Part shown: positions 17,476-28,895 of the stretch, one piece after another
Layout: each line of letters begins with the position of its first letter
Numbering within the stretch: position 1 is the first letter of the stretch
Origin: Chloroflexota bacterium
GTDB taxonomy: Bacteria > Chloroflexota > Chloroflexia > Chloroflexales > Roseiflexaceae
Reading direction: 5' to 3'
NCBI GenBank assembly: GCA_003670675.1
Contig: QWQY01000001.1
Location: forward strand, 1-54,565
Length of the DNA stretch: 54,565 nucleotides
Translations under genes and position numbers: made by a program
The notes under the pieces: generated by a model
What the model was told of the DNA's origin: nothing
The model's database searches: none
What the model saw: only the letters and a program-made list of their open reading frames with translations

Positions 17476-18510
17476 TTATTTCTTCGGCGCGTACTCCGTG
17501 TTGCCGAGGAGATCTGCGTGGTGGCGCTGGGCGACATCCGGGTGCGAGCGCAAGCGGGATTTGAGCTGATTCTTGCCGTTTTCGCGGAACAACGGGTTGA
17601 GTGGGTCGGCTGTTGCGCCACGTGATTGAGCGGCGAGTTCAGCGGGTAGCTTCAACACCGGTACAGTGGCATTGAGCTGCGCATTGAAGAAGAACGCGAC
17701 GGACAGGCGATTTTCGCCGGCAGGGGGCGTCACCACGCGATGGACGTTGGCGAGCAAAAAGCCACTCGACGCCATCTCGAGGATTTCGCCGACATTAATG
17801 ACAAAGGTCCCGGGGATGGGCGGTGCGCTGATCCAGCCGCCGTCGTGTTCGACCTCGAGGCCTTTTTGGACATCCTGGAGCAGTACGGTGACGAATCCGC
17901 CGTCTTTGTGGGCGCCGACGCCCTGATCACTCTCGGTGGCGTCACGGCCGGGGTAACGAATAATCTTGAGCAGATAGTGCGAATCGGGCGTGTAGATGGC
18001 CTCGAAGATGTTTTCGGGCTGGCCCAATGCAATTGCGAAGGTCTTGATGAGACGGATGGCCAAATTGGCTGCTGCTGCTTGGTAGCGCAGGATTGTCTCT
18101 TTGTAATTGGGCAGATTGGCTGGCCATTGGTTGGGCCCGCGTAGGCGCATCCAGGGTTGGTCTGCCGGGACCGTCGCGAGCGCTTCACGCTCGGCGCCGA
18201 TGTCGACCTGCTCGCGCCAGTCACGTTGGCCGCGGGTGAATTCGTTGCCTTGACGGTTGTAGCCACGGAAGTGCGGCGAATTGACCATCTCGATGGCCAT
18301 TTTGTCGGCTTCGGGCAACGCAAAAAACTGCTTTGCAACGGCGAGTGTATCGTCGATGAGCGCTTGATCGATACCATGCCCGGTGACATAGAAAAAGCCT
18401 AAGTCGTAGGCGGTTTTGCGGAGTTCCGCGATGAACGCGTCGCGCTCGGCAGGATTCGATTCGAGGCGGCCGAGATCTAATACCGGGAGTTGTGCATACG
18501 TCGTCTTCAT
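17476..18510 (-). CDS. 2-oxoglutarate/Fe(II)-dependent dioxygenase (isopenicillin-N-synthase-like family)
   Basis: DIOX_N-like N-terminus (FFYVTGHGI). The HxD...H facial triad context is GAHKDGGFVTVLLQD...HRV. Confidence 0.8.
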   Translation of the reverse strand: MKTTYAQLPVLDLGRLESNPAERDAFIAELRKTAYDLGFFYVTGHGIDQALIDDTLAVAKQFFALPEADKMAIEMVNSPHFRGYNRQGNEFTRGQRDWREQVDIGAEREALATVPADQPWMRLRGPNQWPANLPNYKETILRYQAAAANLAIRLIKTFAIALGQPENIFEAIYTPDSHYLLKIIRYPGRDATESDQGVGAHKDGGFVTVLLQDVQKGLEVEHDGGWISAPPIPGTFVINVGEILEMASSGFLLANVHRVVTPPAGENRLSVAFFFNAQLNATVPVLKLPAELAAQSRGATADPLNPLFRENGKNQLKSRLRSHPDVAQRHHADLLGNTEYAPKK

Positions 18511-18688
18511 ACGACCTCCTGATCACGGGACGGTGAGGAGTTCCCACACGATAACCCGAAGTATCTGTATTATAACAAACATACATTATAAATTTAATCA
18601 TGTATTGTCTTTCAGATGTGAAGGTTTGGGTATAGCGTAGAATAGCAATGTCCATCAGAGGTGAACAGCATATCCACAGGAGGGCGCG

Positions 18689-19516
18689 ATGACGATTCCA
18701 TCGGTGCAGATGAACGATGGCCGGAAGATTCCGCAGATTGGTTTGGGGACCTGGCCGCTGAAAGACCATGACGCACCGGCGGTGATGGTGACCGCCATCG
18801 AGGCGGGGTATCGACACATCGATACGGCGTTTCGCTACGGCAATCAAATCGGCGTCGGCCAAGGGATCCGCGACAGCGGAATCGCCCGAGAAGAGCTGTT
18901 TATCACCAGCAAGTTGGACGGCGAGTTCCAGGGTGAGGATAAGGCTGTGGCCGGCCTCGACGCATGTCTGCGTCAATTGGGGATGGAATACGTCGATTTG
19001 TTGTTGATCCACTGGCCAATGCCGGCGCGCAATCAGTATGTGTCGACGTGGCAAACCTTTGAGCGCTTACAGGCGAGCGGCAAAGTCCGTTCGATCGGCG
19101 TGTCGAACTTCAAACCCGCGCATCTGGACAACCTGCGGGCACAAACATCGATCGTACCTGCCACCAACCAGATACAGCTTAGCCCACGCATCACGCGTAC
19201 CGACCATGTGGCATACGATAACGCGCATGGGATTGTGACGGTCTCGTGGAGTCCACTGGGGCAGGGGAGTGATCTGCTCAAGGATCCGGTACTGGCACGT
19301 ATTGCCGCACACCACGGCAAAACCCCAGCGCAGATTGTGTTGCGTTGGAACATCGAACTCGGCTTGGTGCCCATCCCCAAGTCAGCAAACAAACAGCGTA
19401 TTGCCGAGAACATCGACATCTTCGATTTTGCGCTCTCTGCTACCGAAGTCGCTGCTATTTCGGCACTCGACACCGGTGCCGAAGAACGGGTCGATTCAGA
19501 CGTCGATGGGCATTAA
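18689..19516 (+). CDS. Aldo/keto reductase (2,5-diketo-D-gluconate-reductase-like)
   Basis: GLGTW, GYRHIDTA..YGN, LLIHWP, IPKS...RI.EN. Confidence 0.88.
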   Translation: MTIPSVQMNDGRKIPQIGLGTWPLKDHDAPAVMVTAIEAGYRHIDTAFRYGNQIGVGQGIRDSGIAREELFITSKLDGEFQGEDKAVAGLDACLRQLGMEYVDLLLIHWPMPARNQYVSTWQTFERLQASGKVRSIGVSNFKPAHLDNLRAQTSIVPATNQIQLSPRITRTDHVAYDNAHGIVTVSWSPLGQGSDLLKDPVLARIAAHHGKTPAQIVLRWNIELGLVPIPKSANKQRIAENIDIFDFALSATEVAAISALDTGAEERVDSDVDGH

Positions 19517-19537
19517 TCAGCCTGCAGGAGCAAGACG

Positions 19538-20299
19538 ATGCACTACGCGACGAATCAATACGAAGGCATGATTGCCGAGACGACGCTCGTCCCCGGGCAC
19601 AATGGTGAATTGATCGGCGCATATGTAGCGCGACCAATGGGGCCAGGGCCGTTCCCGGCGATTATCGTCATCCATCATATGCCCGGTTGGGATGAGTGGT
19701 ACCGCGAGGTGACGCGCAAGTTCGCCCATCACGGCTACATCGCTGTCTCGCCCAATTTGTATCACCGGGCCGGGCATGGGATCCCCGAGGATGTCGCGGC
19801 CATGGTACGGGCTGCCGGCGGGGTGCCCGATGACCAGGTGGTGGGCGACGTCGCGGGTATGTTGGCGTTTGTACAGGCGCTGCCGCACTGTACCGGCAAG
19901 GTGGCGGTGTTCGGCACGTGCTCCGGAGCACGCCATGCCTTTTTGGCTGCTGCCCAGACGCCGGGTTTCGCAGCGGTGATCGACTGCTGGGGCGGTCGGG
20001 TGACCATGGAGCCGCACGAGTTGACGGTCAATCAACCAGTGGCGCCGGTGGACTATACGGCCGGCTTAGAATGCCCCGTGTTGGGTATTTTTGGTGCCGA
20101 AGACAGCAGCCCGACGCCGGCCCAGGTGGCCGTCTTGGAGCAGGCACTGAAGCAGCACGGCAAAACGTATGATTTCCACATGTACGCAGAAGCCGGGCAT
20201 GGATTTTTTTACTATGATCGACCGGCCTATCGGCAGACACAGACCATGGATGGTTGGAAGAAAATCTGGGCGTTTTTGGATCAATACGTCCGCGTGTAA
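19538..20299 (+). CDS. Dienelactone hydrolase family protein
   Basis: IVIHHMPGWDEW.., nucleophile context GTCSGARHAF, C-terminal GHGF. Confidence 0.8.
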   Translation: MHYATNQYEGMIAETTLVPGHNGELIGAYVARPMGPGPFPAIIVIHHMPGWDEWYREVTRKFAHHGYIAVSPNLYHRAGHGIPEDVAAMVRAAGGVPDDQVVGDVAGMLAFVQALPHCTGKVAVFGTCSGARHAFLAAAQTPGFAAVIDCWGGRVTMEPHELTVNQPVAPVDYTAGLECPVLGIFGAEDSSPTPAQVAVLEQALKQHGKTYDFHMYAEAGHGFFYYDRPAYRQTQTMDGWKKIWAFLDQYVRV

Positions 20300-20331
20300 G
20301 CGGTGCGTTCGCATCACCCAAAGGAACAGAC

Positions 20332-20601
20332 ATGTGCACGATGATTGCTACTCAGATTACCATTGCCGGCACGGGCAAAGCGGGCAACGGCTGGTTTGTC
20401 CTGCGCGAGGCGAATGTGTCGTATGACCATCCGTTCGAGGCGCCGTATGACCATGCGCTGAATATCGACTTCGTGAACGAGTCACTCGGGCCTGGTGCGC
20501 GGGTGGCGGTCGAGTTGGACGTCGCCTCGGCGCGCAAGCTGGTCGAGACCATCACGGCGGTGTTGGCGAAAGCCGACCAGGCTGGCGTTCTGGGGGAGTG
20601 A
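20332..20601 (+). CDS. Small conserved hypothetical protein (resembles the family I recall as DUF6295)
   Basis: 89 aa, MCTMIATQITIAGTGKAGNGWF...VSYDHPFEAPYDHALNIDF...ARVAVELDV. AAGGAA precedes the ATG at 20332; the ORF track starts earlier at 20254. Confidence 0.5.
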   Translation: MCTMIATQITIAGTGKAGNGWFVLREANVSYDHPFEAPYDHALNIDFVNESLGPGARVAVELDVASARKLVETITAVLAKADQAGVLGE

Positions 20602-20632
20602 GTCCGCGGGTCGGAGCTTGACGACGAGAGGA

Positions 20633-21826
20633 ATGCATGTGGCAACACGATTTGCACAGCGTATGGAACGGGTGAAACCCTCGGCTATCCGCGAATTGTT
20701 GGCGCTGGGAGCTGCGCCGGATGTGATTTCGTTTGGTGGTGGCTACCCCGACGCGGCGCTGTTCCCCTACGAAGAACTGGTCGCGATTGCTACTGCGTCG
20801 ATCGTCGAAAACGGCGCCGTCAACTTGCAATACAGCGTCTCGAACGGGCCAAACGAGCTGCGGGCCTTAGTAGCGGGGCGGATGCGTGGGCAAGGGACGC
20901 CGACCGATGCCGACGAAGTGTTGATTTTGCACGGCGGGCAACAGGGTCTGGACCTGATTGCCAAGCTCTTTCTCGACAAAGGCGATATCGTAATTACCGA
21001 AAATCCGACGTTTTTGGGTGGATTACTGGCATTTAATCCATACGAACCGCAGTATGCAGTCGTGCCGATCGACAACGACGGTATGGACATGGACGTCCTC
21101 GAGTCGACGTTGCTCCAACATCCTGGCGCGAAGTTCATCTATACGATCCCGGATTTTCATAATCCGATGGGCGTGACCATGAGCCTCCCGCGGCGCAAAC
21201 GCTTGATCGAGCTCGCCAATCGCTTTGATGTGATGATTATCGAAGACACCCCATACCGCGAAATCCGCTTCGAGGGCGAGTCACTGCCGACGTTGCGGAG
21301 TCTCGACAGCGAGGGACGGGTGTTGTATTTGGGCAGTTTTTCGAAAATATTGGCCCCAGGGCTGCGGTTGGGCTGGGCGGTGGCGGCCAAACCGCTGATC
21401 GATAAGCTGACGCTGCTCAAGCTCGCGGCCGACACACAATGCAGCACCCTCAACATGGCCATTGTGACGCTGTTTATGCGTGATTATGACCTCGATGGGC
21501 ACATTGCCGGGTTGCGGACGGCATACCGGCGCAAGCGTGATCTGATGGTGCAGACCATCCGCGAGACGTTCCCAGCGGACGTGACGTATACCATCCCGCA
21601 GGGCGGGCTGTTTACGTGGGTAAGCTTCAGACCGGGATTCGACACGGCGCAGTTCATGCGAGACGTGGTGTTGCCGCAGGCACGGGTGGCGTATGTACCC
21701 GGCGCGACGTTCTTCCCACTCAACGAAGAACACCATCACGCCCGGGTGAACTTCTCGGCGCAATCCGAGTCGAAGCTCATCACCGGCATGACGGCGTGGG
21801 GGGAACTGCTCCGGCAGCGATACTAG
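20633..21826 (+). CDS. PLP-dependent aminotransferase (class I/II, 2-aminoadipate/aromatic transaminase-like)
   Basis: KPSAIRELL, GGGYPD, and SFSKILAPGLRLGW (PLP-binding Lys). The start was trimmed to the ATG at 20633. Confidence 0.85.
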   Translation: MHVATRFAQRMERVKPSAIRELLALGAAPDVISFGGGYPDAALFPYEELVAIATASIVENGAVNLQYSVSNGPNELRALVAGRMRGQGTPTDADEVLILHGGQQGLDLIAKLFLDKGDIVITENPTFLGGLLAFNPYEPQYAVVPIDNDGMDMDVLESTLLQHPGAKFIYTIPDFHNPMGVTMSLPRRKRLIELANRFDVMIIEDTPYREIRFEGESLPTLRSLDSEGRVLYLGSFSKILAPGLRLGWAVAAKPLIDKLTLLKLAADTQCSTLNMAIVTLFMRDYDLDGHIAGLRTAYRRKRDLMVQTIRETFPADVTYTIPQGGLFTWVSFRPGFDTAQFMRDVVLPQARVAYVPGATFFPLNEEHHHARVNFSAQSESKLITGMTAWGELLRQRY

Positions 21827-22509
21827 CCGATAGCGGCGATGACCGCCGCGAGGTCGGACAAATCGGGCAGCACTGCGTCGGGTGCATGTGCTGCCAAATC
21901 GGCGACACTGAATGGGCCTGTGGCTACCGCGACGGTGCGGGCGCCATGGGCCTTGCCGCAGGCGATGTCGTTGGGTGTGTCGCCGATGATGACGATGTCG
22001 GCGCCGGTGATGCGATGCGGAGTGTGTGCGTGCATGCGGTCGATGGCATAGCGTGGCAGTTCGACCCGCTTGGCGTGGTCGCTGCCGTATGCGCCGACTG
22101 ACATGTCGATGTATGGGCTGAGGTTGGTCAGCTCGAGCTTCATGGCGGCGACGGCCTGCATATTGCCGGTCAGGACAGACTGGCGTACGTCGGCGCGCTG
22201 TTGGTAGTAGGCCAAGGCGGCGGGAACACCAGCCAGGACACGGCCGCGGCTGGCCATTTCGGCGCGACGTCCCTCGAGTTCGGCCATGTATGCGGCGGCG
22301 AAGGCGTCGAGTTGGTCGGCGATGTATTGTGGGGTGAGGTGTGGGTTGGTTTCGATGATGATTTGTTGGTCGGTTTTGCCGGCGTATTCACGGCGATCGT
22401 TGCTGGAGGGTTGGCCAAACAGGGTGGTCATGGCTGCCCGCATGGCTTCGCCAGCGACACCGCCAGAGTAGAGGAGCGTACCGTCGATGTCCCATAACAA
22501 GAGGCGCAT
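21823..22509 (-). CDS. HAD-superfamily hydrolase
   Basis: LLWDIDGTLL (motif I), IIGDTPNDI (motif IV). Confidence 0.8.
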   Translation of the reverse strand: MRLLLWDIDGTLLYSGGVAGEAMRAAMTTLFGQPSSNDRREYAGKTDQQIIIETNPHLTPQYIADQLDAFAAAYMAELEGRRAEMASRGRVLAGVPAALAYYQQRADVRQSVLTGNMQAVAAMKLELTNLSPYIDMSVGAYGSDHAKRVELPRYAIDRMHAHTPHRITGADIVIIGDTPNDIACGKAHGARTVAVATGPFSVADLAAHAPDAVLPDLSDLAAVIAAIG

Positions 22510-22524
22510 GGGCAGTCCTTTCGT

Positions 22525-23100
22525 CTAGACGCCACCGAAGTAGCGCAGGGCCAGGCGGATGCGGTCGTCGAGGGCTTCGGAGGCGTCGGCAGCAATGCTC
22601 GAGACCGCTGCATTGGCCTCGGCAGCGCTGTACCCGAGCCCTTGCAGGATGTCGATGACGTCGCTGTCTCGGGCCGACGCTGGGGTCGCAGCGATACCGC
22701 GCAGATCGAGTTTGCCCTTCATCTCGAGGATGAGACGCTCGGCGGTCTTTTTGCCGATGCCGGGGACTTTGCTGAGGCGGGTGACATCACCATTAGCGAC
22801 GGCGACGCGCAGGTCATTATCGCTCAGGCTCGACAACAGGCTGAGTGCAACCTTTGGACCGATGCCGGTCACCCCGATGAGTTGTCCAAATAGACTGCGC
22901 TGTTCGAGCGACGCGAACCCATACAGGGTATGGCTGTCTTCGCGGACGATGAATGAGGTATAAAAGGTGACCACGTCGTTCACTTCGTGGCTGGCCAGCA
23001 ACGTGCGGGGCAGATGGATTTCGTAGCCGATGCCGTGGGTGTCGACGATGACCGAATCGGCAGTTGATGCAACGATGGTCCCGTGGATTCGTGCGATCAT
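22525..23100 (-). CDS. ruvA: Holliday junction DNA helicase subunit RuvA
   Basis: MIARIHGTIV...VDTHGIGYEIHLP, HhH motifs (VTGIGPKVAL, VPGIGKKTAERL). The start was trimmed to 23100. Confidence 0.92.
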   Translation of the reverse strand: MIARIHGTIVASTADSVIVDTHGIGYEIHLPRTLLASHEVNDVVTFYTSFIVREDSHTLYGFASLEQRSLFGQLIGVTGIGPKVALSLLSSLSDNDLRVAVANGDVTRLSKVPGIGKKTAERLILEMKGKLDLRGIAATPASARDSDVIDILQGLGYSAAEANAAVSSIAADASEALDDRIRLALRYFGGV

Positions 23101-23115
23101 AGTGACCTCGTTGAT

Positions 23116-23144
23116 ATAGAAAAAACTCGGCACGAGCCGAGTTC
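23116..23144 (-). terminator. Rho-independent terminator after tRNA-Gly
   Basis: AACTCGGC-acga-GCCGAGTT stem followed on the minus strand by TTTTTTC. Confidence 0.65.
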
Positions 23145-23147
23145 AAA

Positions 23148-23222
23148 TGGGGCGGGAGACGAGATTCGAACTCGCAACCCTCTGCTTGGGAAGCAGATGC
23201 GCTACCATTGCGCCACTCCCGC
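23148..23222 (-). tRNA. tRNA-Gly (anticodon CCC), CCA encoded
   Basis: The manual cloverleaf fold totals 75 nt. Acceptor is GCGGGAG/CTCCCGC, D arm is GCGC-AATGGTA-GCGC, anticodon arm is TCTGC-TTCCCAA-GCAGA, and T arm is GCGAG-TTCGAAT-CTCGT. Confidence 0.9.
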
Positions 23223-23271
23223 CCACACCAGCATTGTAGCCGGTGGGTGGGGCGCTGTCAAGGATATCGGG

Positions 23272-24441
23272 CTAGCGGGTGTGTTGTGCCTGTATCGTGG
23301 TCAAGATTGCTTCGAGGTCAGCGCAGTGCTGTTGCCATGAGTAGTCGGCGACGACCCGGGCACGCGCCGCAACGCCATACTGTGCACGGGTAACCGGGTC
23401 TGCGACGAGAGTGGTGATTGCATCGGCGAGGGCTGTGACGTCGCCCTCGGGTACCAGCAGTCCCTCGGACTGGTGCCGCACGATGCGGTCGAGGGGGGTA
23501 ATGGCACTGGTAATCACGGCGAGGCCGCAGGCCATGTATTCGTGGATTTTGAGCGGGGACCAATAAAAGCCGGCCGCTTGCAGAGCGGGGTGCGCACTGG
23601 TGTCGAACGGCGCGATGCCGATATCGGCTGATTGGATGACGGCCGGCATATCGGCATAGGGGAGTGCACCGCGGAATGTGATATCGGGGTAGCCCGCAGC
23701 CAGTGCTTGGGCCTCGGCGAGTTGTGGACCGGCGCCCACAAACACAAAGCGGCAGGCAACGCCCGCATCCAGGACGCGTCGGGCTGCGGCGACCCCATGG
23801 CTGGCACCATGCCAGGCCCGGAACGAACCAATGAAAATGATGGTCGGGGGGAGTGTTGGGTCGTGCGGTGGATCGGCAGGCACAAAGCGGTCCACATCAG
23901 CACCCCAGGGGTGTTCGTGAATGCGCGTCCTATCAATGACTGCGGGGACCGTGGTGTGGAGCGGGGTGACGATTGCGTCGGCCCAGCGACATTGGCGGGT
24001 TGCCCAGCGGCGCATAGGCCCACCGAGGCGATCATCGAGTCGGCGTTTGCGTTCGCTGGGTGGGTCGATGATGAGTGCGTTGACTTCGAGGAGTGTTGGG
24101 ATGCCCAAGACCCGGGCTGCAATCATACCCGCACCGGCAAAGTTGTAATAGCGCTCGATGATGACGTCGGGTTGCAGTGCACGTGCCAAACGGAGGATGG
24201 GCAATACGGTCATGAGTGAGGCTATTTTGGGGATGTCGATGTGGTGAATCGTAAAACCATCCCATTGGAGCACCGCGGGTCGCCACAGGTGTTTGAGCTG
24301 CGTGCGCCCTTCGCGGGTGACCGCGACGACATGGACCTCGTGGCCGCGTTGTGCAAGCCCGCGGGCGACCTCATAGGTATGGGTCGACCCGCCGAGATTG
24401 CCGGGTACTGGGATGCCGCTCGCGACGTAGAGGATCTTCAC
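23272..24441 (-). CDS. Glycosyltransferase family 4
   Basis: MKILYVASG...GGSTHTYEVARGLAQRGHEVHVV. The C-terminal EX7E-type region is FDTSAHP...PLKIHEYMACGLAVI. Confidence 0.8.
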   Translation of the reverse strand: MKILYVASGIPVPGNLGGSTHTYEVARGLAQRGHEVHVVAVTREGRTQLKHLWRPAVLQWDGFTIHHIDIPKIASLMTVLPILRLARALQPDVIIERYYNFAGAGMIAARVLGIPTLLEVNALIIDPPSERKRRLDDRLGGPMRRWATRQCRWADAIVTPLHTTVPAVIDRTRIHEHPWGADVDRFVPADPPHDPTLPPTIIFIGSFRAWHGASHGVAAARRVLDAGVACRFVFVGAGPQLAEAQALAAGYPDITFRGALPYADMPAVIQSADIGIAPFDTSAHPALQAAGFYWSPLKIHEYMACGLAVITSAITPLDRIVRHQSEGLLVPEGDVTALADAITTLVADPVTRAQYGVAARARVVADYSWQQHCADLEAILTTIQAQHTR

Positions 24442-24444
24442 GGG

Positions 24445-24687
24445 CTACATGCGCTCGTAGCGCTCGAGGTCGAGGACGATGCACAACGCCCCTTCGGCGA
24501 CGGCCGAAACGGTTTGTTGTGCTTTGGTGACCGAGGTATCTTCGACGCCGGCCAAAATAGTGGTGTTGCCGCGGCGCAAAAATCCACCGCTCGAAGCAAG
24601 CCGAGTCACGCGAAAGCCTTGTTCGACCAGGGCGTCGACCGCTGCATCAGCGACCGCATCCTCAGTAACAAATACTAATAGCTTCAT
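24445..24687 (-). CDS. Short PII-like DarA/YaaQ (DUF970) family protein
   Basis: MKLLVFVTEDAVADAAVDALVEQGFRVTRLASSGGFLRRGNTTILAGVED aligns by eye with the B. subtilis YaaQ/DarA N-terminal two-thirds. It is only 80 aa. Confidence 0.6.
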   Translation of the reverse strand: MKLLVFVTEDAVADAAVDALVEQGFRVTRLASSGGFLRRGNTTILAGVEDTSVTKAQQTVSAVAEGALCIVLDLERYERM

Positions 24688-24701
24688 GGGAGTGACTCCT
24701 T

Positions 24702-25205
24702 TTATGTAGTGCGTGCGTCTTTGATACGCTGCAGCATCGGTGCGTTATAGAGGTGACACAGTGCAATAGCTACGGCATCGGCCGCGTCGTCGGGTTTGAT
24801 GATGGTCTGCATGCGCAGGGTCAATCGGACGACTTCTTGCATCTGTGCTTTGTCGGCTTTGCCATAGCCGGAGACGGTCTGTTTGACGAACATCGGCTTG
24901 TACTCGTGGATGTCAACCCCTGCTTGCCCCAGAGCGAGCAGTGCGACCCCACGTGCTTGGCCGACGGTCAACGCGGTACTGACGTTTTTGGCGAAGAAGA
25001 GTTCTTCGACGCCGGCACTATCCGGTTTGTATTGGTCTAAACAGGCGACCAAATCACAATAGAGTGATACGAGTCGTTCTGACTGCGGCATCTGTTTGGG
25101 GGTGGTGAATGTGCCGCATGCGATGAGCGACACTGCGCCGGCATGTTGTTCGACGATGCCCCACCCCATTATTGCCGTGCCTGGATCGATGCCGATGGTA
25201 CGCAC
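24702..25205 (-). CDS. ruvC: Crossover junction endodeoxyribonuclease RuvC
   Basis: IGIDPGTAIMGWGIV, EELFFAKN, DAADAVAIALCH. Confidence 0.92.
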   Translation of the reverse strand: MRTIGIDPGTAIMGWGIVEQHAGAVSLIACGTFTTPKQMPQSERLVSLYCDLVACLDQYKPDSAGVEELFFAKNVSTALTVGQARGVALLALGQAGVDIHEYKPMFVKQTVSGYGKADKAQMQEVVRLTLRMQTIIKPDDAADAVAIALCHLYNAPMLQRIKDARTT

Positions 25206-25207
25206 GA

Positions 25208-25969
25208 CTACGAATTCGAGAACTGTTCAGCCAACTCGTCGGTGATATCGAGGTTGCTGTAGACCTTTTGGACATCATCGAGATCATCCAACTTGTCGAT
25301 AAGTTTGAGCGCCTTGAGGGCTTCGGTCGCATCGGCCTGCATCAGGGTCTTGGGACGCATGGTTTTTTCGACGCTGGTGACCGTCAATTTGGCCTCAATC
25401 AGCTTGGTACGGACGGTAATGAGTTGCTTGAAGTCGGTATAAATGTCGAGCGTATCGCCATTGTCAACGACATCGTCTGCGCCCGCATCGATGGCAATGA
25501 GGGTGGCGTCGTCGGCACTGACCCCGCTTGCGCTCAAATCGACGACGGCGAGGCCTTTGAGTTCGAACATATAACTCACCGACCCGGATTCGCCCAAGTT
25601 GCCGCCGATTTTGGTAAAGGCAGCGCGGACTTCGGACGCGGTGCGGTTGCGGTTATCGGTAGCGGCTTCGATGATGACGGCAACACCGCCGGGGGCGTAG
25701 CCTTCGTAGTAGAGCTCTTCGAGCTGGGATTCGTTGCCTTTACCCATGCCGCGTTCGATGGCGCGCTTGATACTGTCCATCGGCATATTGGCGGCGCGTG
25801 CACGATCAACAGCGATGCGCAGGCGAAAGTTGGCGTCGGTATCGTCAGAGCCACCCTCGCGTGCCGCAATCGAGAGGTCACGGGCGAGTTTGGTAAAAAG
25901 CTGACCGCGTTTTTGGTCGAGAACACCTTTTGAGCGTCGAATCGTAGCCCATTTGGAGTGACCGGACAT
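25208..25969 (-). CDS. yebC: YebC/PmpR family DNA-binding transcriptional regulator
   Basis: [22 protein letters not shown]... Confidence 0.92.
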   Translation of the reverse strand: MSGHSKWATIRRSKGVLDQKRGQLFTKLARDLSIAAREGGSDDTDANFRLRIAVDRARAANMPMDSIKRAIERGMGKGNESQLEELYYEGYAPGGVAVIIEAATDNRNRTASEVRAAFTKIGGNLGESGSVSYMFELKGLAVVDLSASGVSADDATLIAIDAGADDVVDNGDTLDIYTDFKQLITVRTKLIEAKLTVTSVEKTMRPKTLMQADATEALKALKLIDKLDDLDDVQKVYSNLDITDELAEQFSNS

Positions 25970-26114
25970 AAAAAGCACCTCTTACAACGGCGTTGTTCCG
26001 CCCATTATACCACAGGGGGTTCTATCGGGATAGAGTGCGGGATAGCGGATGTGTATTGAACAACACACCCCCGACTGCAGAGCAGCCGGGGGTGGAAGAA
26101 CAGACAGCGGTTAG

Positions 26115-27995
<1,881 letters not shown>

Positions 27996-28082
27996 ATCTC
28001 TTCTCAATCTAGGAGATGGCACTCCGTGGATGGTGTGCTCCGTGGGGTTGCAGGGGAACACGCTACAGTTCGTAGCCCTGTA

Positions 28083-28112
28083 ATTATATCACTGCAATTT
28101 TTGGCGGGGCAA
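28083..28112 (-). promoter_or_regulatory. Putative ftsH promoter
   Basis: On the minus strand, TTGCCC (28107-28112), an 18-nt spacer, then TATAAT (28083-28088). Confidence 0.4.
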
Positions 28113-28166
28113 GCACAAAATGTGGCGAAATGGTGACTCTTATGCAACTCTAACACGCGAAAGAGA

Positions 28167-28206
28167 CAACAAAAACCACCGCTCCTGTGGCCGACAGGAG
28201 CGGTGG
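28167..28206 (-). terminator. Rho-independent terminator after hpt
   Basis: CCACCGCTCCTGT-ggccg-ACAGGAGCGGTGG followed on the minus strand by TTTTTGTTGT. Confidence 0.8.
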
Positions 28207-28218
28207 GATGCGCAGGGT

Positions 28219-28770
28219 CTATTCGTGGGTGTAAATCTCAGGTTTGAGGACCCCGATGTACGGTAGGTTACGGTAGTGTTCGGCATAATCGAGCCCATAC
28301 CCCACCACAAACTCGTTGGGGATATCGAAGCCGAGGTAGTCGACGCTGAGCGTCACCGTCGGGTCGCGTCGGGCGGGTTTGTTGAGCAGGGTACAAATGC
28401 GCATGCTGGCCGGTTCGCGCTTCGAGAATTGGGCGTGCAGGTAAGCCAAGGTCAAACCACTGTCGATGATGTCTTCGACGATGATGACGTGCTTGCCGGC
28501 AATGTCCATATCGAGATCTTTGAGAAGCCGCACCACACCAGTCGAGTGGGTACCGCTGCCGTAGCTCGATGTCGCGATGAAGTCGATGGCCAAGGGTAAA
28601 TTAATGGTACGCGCCAGGTCGACCATAAAGACGGTACAACCTTTGAGGACGCCGATGAGGACAATGTCGGTGCGGCCGCGGTAATCGTTGGTGATGAGTT
28701 CGCCCAGTTCGGCGATGCGGGTTTTGAGCTGCTCTTCACTCAAGAGGACGTGCGCGATGTCGTTATGCAT
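28219..28770 (-). CDS. hpt: Hypoxanthine phosphoribosyltransferase
   Basis: VIIVEDIIDSGLTL (PRPP motif), FVVGYGLDY. Confidence 0.93.
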   Translation of the reverse strand: MHNDIAHVLLSEEQLKTRIAELGELITNDYRGRTDIVLIGVLKGCTVFMVDLARTINLPLAIDFIATSSYGSGTHSTGVVRLLKDLDMDIAGKHVIIVEDIIDSGLTLAYLHAQFSKREPASMRICTLLNKPARRDPTVTLSVDYLGFDIPNEFVVGYGLDYAEHYRNLPYIGVLKPEIYTHE

Positions 28771-28825
28771 GACTCACCTTGTCTAAGATTCTGGACATTG
28801 TACCCCAGATTAGGGGAGAAGGCAG

Positions 28826-28895
28826 TGATTAGTTATCAGTTATCAGTTATCAGTTATCAGTTATCAGTTATCAGTTATCAGTTATCAGTTATCAG
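28826..28895 (+). repeat. Heptanucleotide tandem array, one degenerate unit (TGATTAG) plus (TTATCAG)x9
   Basis: Nine perfect contiguous copies at 28833-28895, counted directly. The array is intergenic, between the tilS stop and the hpt start. Confidence 0.97.

Noticed and set aside
28826-28895. Possible CRISPR array
   Set aside because: The 7-nt units are directly abutting with no spacers, no cas genes are nearby, and the unit is far too short.
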